A DNA stretch of 64,000 nucleotides from Raillietiella orientalis. Lineage: Eukaryota. Shown here piece by piece: positions 49,694 to 59,848 of the stretch (its first letter is position 1; every line of letters starts with the position of its first letter). The stretch is taken from assembly GCA_036172245.1 (NCBI GenBank), contig JAYWIR010000051.1, positions 1 through 64,000 on the forward strand. The letters run 5' to 3'. The notes beneath the pieces are model-generated. The model saw only the letters and a list, made by a program, of their open reading frames with translations, made no database searches and was not told the DNA's origin. Made by a program: the position numbers and the translations under genes.

Positions 49694-52052
49694 TTTTCAC
49701 CCGGATTTCGCCGGGGCGTTTATTGTAAAATAAACTTTTACAAACACGTGCGGTGGCTGGACCATTGCTCCAGCCACGCACGAACAAACACAGAGCCTGC
49801 CGGGTCTCCGGTTCGCAGACCGGTACGGTCCACCACGGCAGCAGGGGGAAGGGGGAAAAAAAAAAAAAAAACAAAACAAAAAAAAAAAAAGAAAAGTTGG
49901 GAGGGTAAGGGAAGGGATCACAGTTGCTGGTGGGGCCGTTGCATCCTTTGCAGGATGCCGGCAAGCTCCTTCTGTATTCCTGGATCCAGGTGGGGCCATC
50001 GGGACTCCCTCCTCAGGAAATGGGAGGCCGGCTGGATGGCACCCTGGTCGCGTTGTCCTCCCGTAGCCTTGCTCCAAGCGGTGACGATCCCGCGAAGGCA
50101 GCACAGAGCTGCTAACGAGGCTGCTGGCCGAAGGGCGTTGGCAACGAAGAGGGCTTTCAGTGCGTCCCTGGGGTTGCTGCAGGGGATTCCGATGGCCGTG
50201 GCAAAGCGAAACCAAAGGGGCCGAAGGGCAACACAATCCACTAGCAGGTGGGGGAGGGACTCCCGTTCCCCACTCCTGACGCAACTGGGGTCCACCGCTC
50301 CCCAGGTCCAGTGTTGTCGGCGGGCGTTGCAGGGGAGTCCCCAGTGCTGCAACAGTAGAGCCGACTCCTGCCATTTTAAGGGGAGGGCGGAAGTGTTCAT
50401 GAGCACCGGGGGCCACTTCAGATGTTCAATGGGAACATCGAGCAGCGCACCCCAGCGCAGAAGTCCATTGGGAGGCGTACTCGGGGTCGCAGCGTCTGTT
50501 AACTGGCCCGTCTTCCACTCTCCTATCTTCTTCTCCTTTCCGGAGATTGTTACTGTAACCACCCACTTCGCCGCAACATCGCTGTCCAGATCTTCCATCA
50601 GGGAGGGCAGCGCAGCAGCGAGGGGGGTTCTTCCTGCCCACGCTCTCTTCTTTCGATCCTCCAGGATCTCGCGGAGCGTGCAACTTCTGTAACCCTCAAA
50701 CAGGAACCTTCGTTCCTGTTGAAAGCGTTGCATGCCGAACTGTTCCCACGTTTGAACGGTTTCCTGCAACGAGGCACTACCGTTCAACGGGCGACAGGTT
50801 AGCAATCCTGGGTTTTTCCGATACAGCGCAGCCACCCTCCGTAGCTGGAGTCCGCATCGGTTGACGCGGCGACGGAGTGCAAGAAACGACGTCAGTCCCG
50901 TCTTACCGGTTGCTTGCTGGAGTAGGAGACGTGCAGGGACGCACCAACAGGTGCACTACAACTCTGGAACGAGTGCCGACAAGCGGAACTGGAGCTGAAG
51001 CTTTAGCCGCTCCAGCGTTAGGAGGCCCAGATTACCATCCCGACGAGAAGCGCACAAGTCCTTTAAGCGGAATCGGGCCCTCCCGTTGCCCCAAAGGGCG
51101 ATACGGAGGAGGTCCTTCGTCCTCTTTTTGATCCCCTCTGTGGGGGGGCAAACAAAAAGCAGGGAGCGGAGGAGAGGAGCCGCGAACGTGTTCCAAACCG
51201 CGGCCCGTTCAGGCAGGAAAAACCTGCCGCCTCGGAACGGGCCGATAGCCGTCTCTACTTTTTGGAGGCAGCCGGACCACGCTTCCGCAGGGGAGTAGTC
51301 CCCCAACGGCACACCAAGGTACTTGAAGTACCTCACCGTGGGGATCCCCAAACGGAACCAGTCCTGCTGCCCTGCCCACGCCGCACCAACTGGCATCACG
51401 GACGACTTCGCCCTGTTCACCGTAAGTCCGGTTCCCCGATGCAGCAGGTCGAAGAACTCCTCGGCCGCCGCAGCCGGGGTGGACATAGGGAGCAGCAGCA
51501 GAAGGTCGTCCGCGTATGCTGAAACGGCCGGCGTACCGGCACAGTCGTGCGGCAGGTGCGCCAGAGTTCCCCTGTACCCTCTCAGTACCAACTCAAAGTA
51601 GGTACTGAAGAGCAAGGGGCTCAGGCTGTCTTCCTGCCGGATCCCACGCCGCACCGGCACGCCGTGCACGGTCTTCCCGCTGAAAGTAACGTTGATGAGC
51701 GCGTCGCGCCAGCAGGAGCGCAGATAGGCCACTAATCAGGCCGCGAAGCCCAAGCGTTCCAGAAGCTCCAGAAGGAGATTCTGGTCGACGCAATTGAATG
51801 CTTTCCGCAAGTCGATTGCGACCGCAAGGGCTCCCTCCCCCACATGACCATCCAACCCCTTGCCGGCGCACGCACCGGAATTCCGGCTGCGCACCAAGCT
51901 CCTTTCATGTTGGAGCTCTAGCCAGGTGGAAGCGTGGAACAGGTTCGCCTCCATGCTTCGCCCGGGAACAGCATATGTCTGTTCCGGGCTGATGAACATC
52001 TTGGCAACCCGTCCCAGACGCTCTGCCTAAACCTTAGCCAGCAACTTGGCGT
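49694..52052 (-). mobile_element. Family K 3' half; continues at 57955
   Basis: ORFs 51736-51999, 50956-51732 (YADD), 49918-50835; terminus at 49694-49724. Confidence 0.9.
52038..52052 (+). repeat. Perfect 15-bp target-site duplication CCAGCAACTTGGCGT, second copy at 57955-57969
   Basis: Exact direct repeat flanking the 52053-57954 element; removing the insert restores host NADAKLLAKV on the minus strand. Confidence 0.95.
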
Positions 52053-52140
52053 GCGTACGTGTTTTTGTAGCGCTCCTCCGCGCCTGGTGTAAAGCGTTTG
52101 GTTTCTTTTGTGTTCGTGTGTGGAGCATCTGCGGTGTCCA

Positions 52141-54161
52141 ATGGCAGAAATGCCTGAGGACACCGCGATGGATATAGGAGGAGGAGGGGCTTGCTCCTCT
52201 CCCCAACCCACGGAGGTGGGGGCAATCGCTCCCACGGAGGCGACGGCAGCCGCACCCCTGAAAAAGGGGGCAACCGCCGCCTCGGAAGCGAGGGCAAAGG
52301 CCCCCTTGAAAAAGGGGGCAAAAGCCCCGCTGGAACAGGGTGCAACCGCCCCCTTGAAAAAGGGGACAACCGCAACCCTGGAAAAGGGCGCAACCGCCTC
52401 CTTGAAAAAGGGGGCACCTGCACCCTCAAATGCGTCTTCGGCATCGCCGAAGACCTGGAGTTCAGTGTCTGCAGCCCCATCTCCTGCAGCCCTCGCCGAG
52501 CAGAAAGCCTACCTCGAGCAGGGATACAAGCCGTCCCTGATATACAAGGTAGGCAATCTGTTTGTCGGGAACACCGCTCGCAACTTCGAAAGGGAGTTGC
52601 AGCGGTTGAACGTAAAAGAGGAAGACCTGGAAGGTCTTTCCGTGTTGAGTGGTGGTCAGCGGGTGGAGCTGACTTGCAGAAATGCAAGCCTTGCTCAACA
52701 CCTCCTGAATACGCCAATCACACTGGAAGGCCGAAAGGTTTTCCCGGTAACGGAGGATCGCTCCGTGGTGACGCACCTCACGGGAGTCACCCTCCGCATG
52801 TCGAAAGCCGACGTGCAGGAGGAACTCGGAAAATACGGAACGGTTCACGCGCTATGGCCCAAGCCCAACGTCTTCCAGAGTTACGGAAGACTGTTTAGTG
52901 GCATGGCTGGTGCGCGTGTAACCGTCCACAAAAACGGTGAGCTACCCCACAAACTAGACGTCGGCAACGAGACCGTCGACGTCTGGTACGTGGGCAAGCC
53001 CAAGTACTGTGGACACTGTGATGCCACAGGGCACCTGAAAAAGCGGTGCCCTCGCATCCAGTGTTTCCACTGTGGAGAGAAGGGCCACCTCCGCAAAGTG
53101 TGTCCTAAACGCGAAACCCCGGCACCCCTGCTTTGAAAAAAGCCAAAGGGAAACGCGCGGGGCGATCGGACAAGCCTAAGGAGGCACCCGAGAGGCGGAA
53201 CCCACAGCCAGAGCCCGAACCCGTGCAGCAAACGCCGGTCGTGGAATCTACCGACGACGCCGAAAAGAGCGAAGGCTGGCAGAAGGCGAAGCCTAAAGCT
53301 AAAAAACCAAAGAAAACCGAAGGATCGACAGCGGAACCCGCGACGTCTCCTCTAAATAGGAGACAACGGCGCGCGTTGATCCGCGAATGTTCGGTCGCTT
53401 TGGAGCGTGTGGAGGTACCCGAGACCGCCACCGGTGGAGATATCCCCCGCGTCGACGCCGACGATAACGCGATCCCGGAAGGCGAACCCTCTGTGCAAAC
53501 AGAGGGGGAACCGCGCGACGCGCTCGCCGCGATCGACGAGGCCTCCTTCCAGCAGGCGGCGGAAGAGCTCGCGGCCGAACTCGCCGACCGTGAGAACGGC
53601 GCGCGAAAGGCCTTGCGAAGGCCGGCCGCGACCAGGGCACCTCCGACAGGTGACCACGACCCGGATGCCGGAAGTGCGTCCTCTTCCACGGAGGCGCCTC
53701 CGAAGAAGACTGGACGGAAGTCCAAGAATCCCAAGAGGCGCATCCCGACGAAGAGCGAGGGGGACGCACCGGCAGCCGAAGGGGAAGCCGGCAGCGTGGG
53801 AACGGAGGGAGGAATTTTCCCACCCTCCGCCACCGAGCAGCCGGCCACCCCCATGGAGGAGGGGGAGCAGGTAGGGCATTGCCTCCCCCTTCCACCGGTG
53901 GAGCCTGCGGAGAAGATGGTCATGGAAGAGGGGGAGCAGACAGCTGAGAACCGCTCCCCCCTGCCGTCCATCGCAGTCGAGGAATCGGCCCACATGGAAG
54001 AGGGGAAGCAGGTGCGTGAAGCATGCTCCCTTCAACCGTTGCGGTCCGCCGAGGAATCGGCCCCCATGGAGGTGGGAGAACCGCTGGGCGGTGCCCCCAT
54101 GCCTCCATCCGTCCCGCCCGACCAGGTGGCGGGAGCCCCATTGCCACTTTCCCAGGAGTAA
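52141..54161 (+). pseudogene. ORF1 gag-like protein with one frameshift near 53130
   Basis: ORFs 52108-53136 and 53133-54161 together match the open ORF1 at 25755-27506; knuckles CGHCDATGHLKKRC and CFHCGEKGHLRKVC. Confidence 0.85.
52252..52419 (+). repeat. 7 x 24-bp coding tandem repeat (APLKKGAT-like)
   Basis: APLKKGAT/AASEARAK/APLKKGAK/APLEQGAT/APLKKGTT/ATLEKGAT/ASLKKGAP. Confidence 0.85.
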
Positions 54162-57100
54162 CACCTGGGCTCGCCTGTCGCCGTCGATTACGCGTGGCCT
54201 GCTGGAACGTGAACGGGCTGCGCGACGACGGCAACAGACGGGACACGGCCGCCACCCTGCGTGACTTCGACCTGGCACTCCTGCAGGAGATCCACGTGAT
54301 CACCGCGGAGAACGCCCAGGAGATCGAAAGGATCGCAGGGGGACGGCTGATGTGGCAATGCGGCACCCGATACACCTGCGGCGTCGCGTTTTTTATGAAG
54401 CCGGCAGTCGACGCAGCCGTGAAGGGCGTGCACTTCGACGAAGCCGGTCGTGTCGGCCAGCTGATTCTCAGGTGGTCCGACACGATCGACCTCGTCGTAA
54501 CAAATGTGTACGCTCCGAGCGGTCCTACCAGGTACCAGGAACGTAAGGCGTTCCTGGAAACCCTGAAGCGCGACTGGCTGGCGGAAGCGAACGTGCGCGT
54601 GGCTCACCTGATAGCGGGAGACTTTAATCTCCGCCTGCTATCAGGTGAGCCACACGCACAGGAACGGACGGCTAACGAGTTGTGCGCCGCCATGCGCACG
54701 CGCAACTTGTTAGGGGATCTTTCGGAAATGGTCAGCAGCATCGACCACGTCTTCCTGGATGTCGACCTGTGTTCACGGGTCGGCAAACGAGGGAAAGTTG
54801 CGGCGGAGCTGTCTGACCATTTCCGGTTGATATTCGAGGTGTGCCCGCGCGACAAGGGCCCCCCATCGAGGGCGTGGCGTCTGCCTGGGGACTGGACGCG
54901 ACTCTCAGGTGCGAAGGAACACCTTCGCGAATTCCAGAGAGGCGTCACCCTCCGCAATCTCAATGATTGGGACCTTTTTAAGGCCTCGGTCCGCTTGTTT
55001 TGCGAGGAGTTCCCCTTGCACCTCCTGCCCCGGGGATTTGGGGAGGGCATCCGTAACGAACGAGCGTACTTGTATGCCCGTGGTTACGCGAGGACCCCCA
55101 ATGTCCGTCGCCTGGCAGAGTACCGAGCCGGGGCCGAACGTCAAGTCTGGCAATCCGGATCGGCCAGCTTGCTGGACGACCAGGACCGGGAGCACTCGGC
55201 TCCGGCTAGAATACGGCACCTCGTGCGGCGTTTTTATTCCTCCCTTTACGCCAGGGCGCCCCCGGACCAAGATGCCTCCCGGCGCTTGCTTCCGAACGGT
55301 GCCCTGGCAATAGGGGAGGAGGAGAAGGAAAGCCTCGACGAGCCTTTTACCACCGGCGAAATTCTCGCCGGTATCAAAAGGCTCAAGAGGCGGAAAGCAC
55401 CAGGGGAGGACGGCCTGCCTGCGGAGTTTTTTCAATGCTTCGCGGCAGAGTTGGCACCCCTGGTGCTTGAGTTGACAAGGCTGATCCGAGATGAAGGCGA
55501 TGTACCCGCCTCGTTTCGGTCAGCCAGAGTGAGGCTCCTTCCGAAAGGAGGAGACCTCAGGAAACTCATCAACTGGCGTCCGATCACAATTGTGAACACG
55601 GACGCCAAGTTGATCGCCGGACTGTGGGCTTCGCGTCTGGGGCAGGTGGCCAATTCCATACTTAGCCCGGAGCAGACTTACGCTGTTCCCGGGCGAAGTA
55701 TGGAGGCCAACCTCTTCTTCGCGAGCACATGGTTTCATGTGCAGAGTAGTCAAGAAAAGGAAGAGGGAAGGATTGGCAGCCCCGCTTTGGGGGCGTCAGC
55801 CGGGCAGGGACAGGACTCCCAGGTGGGGAAGGGAGCCCTAGCGATCGCAGTCGATCTGCACAAAGCGTTTGACTGCGTGGACCAGGATCTCCTGCTGGAG
55901 CTCCTGGGACGCATGGGCTTCCCTCTCTCCCTACTGACCTACCTGCGCTCTTGCTGGCGCAGCGCGCTGATCAATATCTCTTTCAGAGGTCAAATGGCGT
56001 ACGGCGTGCCGGTACTGCGGGGCATACGGCAGGGCGACAGCCTCAGTCCCCTGCTCTTTAGCACCTACTTTGAGTTGGTGCTGAGAGCGTACAGGGTGAC
56101 TTTGGCCCCCTTGCCGAGCTCGTGCCCCGGCACGCCCGCCGTTGCAGCATACGCCGACGATCTTTTGCTTCTGTTGCCGATGTCCACCCCGGCGAAGGCG
56201 GTCGGGGATTTCTTCGATCTGCTTAGCCGCGGGACCGGACTTACGGTGAACAGGGCGAAGTCGACGGTGGTTCCAGTCGGTGCGGCGTGGGCTGGGCAGA
56301 AGGACTCGGTCCGCTTGGGGATCCCCACGGCGAGGTGCTTGAAGTACCTTGGAGTGCCGTTGAAGGACTACTCCCCTGCGGAAGCGTGGTCCGGCTGCCT
56401 CCAAAAAGTGGAAACGGCGATCGGCCCGTTTCTGGAAGACAAGTTTCTCCTTCCGGAACGGGCCGCGGTATGGAACGCGTTCGCGGCTCCTATCCTCCGC
56501 CCCCTGCTTTTTGTTTGCCCCGTCCCCAGAGAGTTGAAAAAACGGACGAAGGACCTCCTGAGAATTGCCCTTTGGGGAAGAGGGAGGCCCCGAGTCCCGT
56601 TGAAGGACTTGTGTGCTCCACGTCGGGATGGCGGTCTCGGCCTCTTGACGATGGAACGAGTAGAGATTCAGCTGCGGTGGCGAACCCTCGCCATCGCAGC
56701 GAAGTTATGGAGCACCCCTTGGTGCGTTCCGGCCCGAATCCTTGCCAACCGTGTATCCGGAACGGAGGGTCTCGCGTCCTATCTTCTCTGCCGTGGCAGG
56801 AAGATCAAGAGATGCGGACTTCTCCTGGGAGGCATGGCAACTCTGGCTAAGGAAAACGGCTGGATGGTATGCAGCCCCGCCAACTCCTCCGCATGGCTGG
56901 AGGAGACAGCTGGCACGTGGGCGAAGATAAACCAGAAGAACGGAGAGATGTGGAACTGCCTGCGACGCGGCGCCTATTCCCGCTGCACTCTGCGGAAGAT
57001 ACTCCAGTGTCCCGCGAGAAGCACGTGGGCAGAGACAACCCCCCTAGCTACGGCGATGCCCTTCCTGAGGAGGGCGCTCTCCAGCAGCCGCAAGCCTTGG

Positions 57101-57748
57101 TGGCAAGTCTCCTGCCGCATCGCAGGCAAGGAGTAGTTGATCAGCGGCTGGTCCACGGGTGAATTGGCGGACGCCAGTACCCCTAGTGTCCAGCCGAGAG
57201 GATTGCAGAGATGGGGCGAGCTACTCGGCATCCAGCCGGATGACCTGAAGTGGCCCCCGGTATTAATTGGATCTAGGATCCTCCCCCTGAAGTGGCAGGA
57301 GTCGGCGCTTATGTTGTTGCATTGGGGTCTACCCTGCAACGAACGCCCCCACCACTGGACCAGGGGTCGAGTAGATCCTACCTGCATCAGGTGTGGGGAA
57401 CGGGAAACCCTCCCCCACCTTCTTGTTGATTGTGCTGCCCTCCGACCCCTGTGGGAACGTCTTCGTGCCTCCCTACGGATCCAGGAGGGCAGCCAGCCCA
57501 GAGACGTTTTTCGGCTTCTGTTCGTGCATGATGCCCTGCGTCCAGCCGCTACCCTGGCTACACTTTGCTGCGTACGCGGGATTGTGACGTGCTGGAGCAA
57601 CGTCAGAAGACCGAGCCACGACAGGGATGCCGTCGTACTTGCAGTCCGCTACCTGCGGATTGTGAACAGATGGCCCCAACTGGGAATTATACGGACGGAC
57701 CTCGAGGGCATCCTGCGAAGGATGGACCCTCCTTCCAGTGGTCAGTGA
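54161..57748 (+). pseudogene. ORF2 APE-RT-zinc finger (about 1195 codons), open except one TAG at 57134-57136
   Basis: ORFs 54023-57136 and 57137-57748 are in the same frame; APE and RT motifs intact; CIRCGERETLPHLLVDC. Confidence 0.92.
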
Positions 57749-57954
57749 TCCCTCCCCAACCCTCCCAAATCTTTTGGTTTTTATGTTTTATTTTTCTTTT
57801 TGTTTTCTCCCTCACCCCCTTCCGCTGCCGAGGAGAGTCGCGCCGGTCTGCGTACCGGCGACCCGGCAGGTCCAGTTGAGTTGGCCGTAGTGGGGCCTCG
57901 TACCACGAATCAGAGAGAATTTTTAATAAACGCCCCGGCGTGACCGGGTGGCAA

Positions 57955-59758
57955 CCAGCAACTTGGCGTCCGCATTCACTATTGTGATGGGACGCCAGTT
58001 GTTCATGCTCCTCAGATCTCCTCCCTTAGGGAGCAGCCGCACCTTTGCCGAACGAAACGAGGTGGGAACGTCACCTGTTTCGTTAAGCTCAGCCGCGAAA
58101 TTTGATAAAACTCCGCGGGCAGGCCGCGGATTTGGGCAGGTGCCGAGTGCTCCTGGCCCTGATCGTCCAGTAAGCTGGCCGATCCGGACTGTTAGGCTTG
58201 CCTCTCGGCTCCCGCTTTGTATTCCGCCAGCCTGCGGATGTCGGGGGTCCTGGCGTAACGACGGGCCTGCAGATAGGCTCGTTCGTTACGGACCCCGGTC
58301 CCAAAACCCGTAGGTAGGCGGTGCAGAGGGCACTGGTCGCAGAACTCCTGGACCGACCGCTTGAAGCGGTCCCAATCCTGGAGTGTCCGCAGCCTGAAGC
58401 ACCGTATGAACGTGCCGAGATGTTCCGCCGCGTCCGGGAGCTTCAGCCAGTCCCCTGGGAGACGCCACGCTGAAGAGGGGGGGCCCCTGTCGCGCGGATG
58501 GATCTCAAGGACTAGCGGGCGATGGTCGGACAGCTCGCACGGTAACTTGCCGCGCCTGCCCTCGCGAGGGCACAGGTGCTCGTCAAGAAACACGTGGTCA
58601 ATGCTGTCTTCCATCCCCGGTGCACTGGCCAACAAATTACAGGTGTGCACCGCCATGCACACCTCGTTGACCAGGTCATGCTCGGGATTCTGCCCATCTG
58701 GTTTCAGGCGAACGTTGAAATCGCCTGCAACCAGATGGGCATTCCGCACGCCTGCTTCGGTCAGCCAGTCTCGCCGGAGGGCAAGGAAAAACTCTTTCCT
58801 CGCCCTTCTGTTCATCAGGTCCTTGCCGCTCGGTGCGTACACGTTCATGACGATCAGATCGATCGAGTCGGACCACGTGAGAGTCAGCTGGCCGACACGA
58901 CCGTGATCGTCGAACCGCACGCCCCGAGCCGCGGCCTCGACGGCTGGCCGAAGCAGGTAGGCGACACCGCAACTTTTCGCTCTCGCACACCTGTACCATA
59001 GCCGCCATTTGGAGATCCGTTCGATCTCTTGCGCTTGTGCTGCAGAGATCACGTGGATCTCCTGCAGCAGCGCAAGGTCGTAGGACTCCAGAAGGGCGGA
59101 TATGTCTCGTCTTTTGCCGGCGTCTGTCATGCCGTTCACGTTCCAAAAGGCGATGCGCTGACGACGGCGGGAGGAGATTCCCGGCATTACTGCTGGGAAG
59201 ATTAAGGTGCGGGGGAGCCCTCCTCTTGCGAGGCGGGCGGGATGTCCATGGGGGTTTCGGCCTTCTCAGGCACCTGAGGCACCTGTTCGGCCTCCACCCC
59301 CTCCATCTCCTCCGTGTCCGCGCGTGGGAGTCTCTCGGGCGACGGGTCCCGAGAGTTTCCCACGCTCATGGCACCCTCGCTTGCGGAAGCCATCTCTTCC
59401 CCTTCGACGGGGAGACGAGCTTCCATGGCTTTGTGGACTTACGTCCAGCCTTCTGGCGCGGTGCCGTGGAAACGGAGGCTGCGCTTCCGACCTCCACCTC
59501 GGGGTCGGAAGTGGAGGACTCCTGAGGGGAGGCCGGACGCCTTACGGCCTTCTTGCCAGCCTTGGAGGGTTCTCGCTGCAACGAGGCTGCCAGCTGCTCC
59601 GCGGCTCGCGCAAAGGCTACGTTATCGATGGTGGTGTCGATGACGGACGCCGCCGCCGGCTCGCTCCCCTCGCTGTTGACAGAGTCAACAGAGGGGTTGT
59701 CGTCGGTAGCAGCGAGTTCTTTTTCGCAGCGGTCGGGAATACGTTCGACGACGACGCT
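57955..59758 (-). mobile_element. Family K ORF1 C-terminus, APE and deleted linker (upstream part of 49694-52052)
   Basis: ORF 58192-59187 complete APE; TAATG overlap at 59185-59189. Confidence 0.9.
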
Positions 59759-59848
59759 CGCACGGACGTGTACTGTGTTGCTCCTCGAGCGTGATTCCTG
59801 TCCGTCTTTTTGTGTGTGGTGGGCCCGAGTGCGTCCACTGGGATGTCC

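Larger units (their letters stand above)
52053..57954 (+). mobile_element. Full-length, nearly intact family G element (5902 bp)
   Basis: 5' motif, ORF1, ORF2, terminus AATAAACGCCCCGGCGTGACCGGGTGGCAA and perfect TSD. Confidence 0.95.

Noticed and set aside
49846..49895. A-rich tracts as poly(A) tails or terminators
   Set aside because: They are the reverse complement of the internal T-rich tract of the 3' UTR, about 150 nt inside the true terminus
39000..50742. Long direct repeats (39000-40027 vs 49694-50742; 545-1895 vs 45035-46426) as LTRs
   Set aside because: They are coding and UTR parts of sibling LINE copies; no integrase, protease, PBS or TG..CA ends
53120..53145. Programmed frameshift in ORF1 at CTTTGAAAAAA
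   Set aside because: The homologous ORF1 at 25755-27506 is open across this point; more likely a mutation or sequencing error
57134..57136. Stop-codon reassignment or readthrough
   Set aside because: In-frame stops align with different residues in relatives (Lys here, Trp at ~27738 and 24946), and TAA and TGA both end ORFs normally; consistent with decay
54023..57748. Prokaryotic RT systems (group II intron, retron, DGR, CRISPR-RT)
   Set aside because: The RT is fused to an APE and preceded by a CCHC ORF1, with TSDs and 5' truncations typical of LINEs; no repeat-spacer array, TR/VR pair or intron end seen
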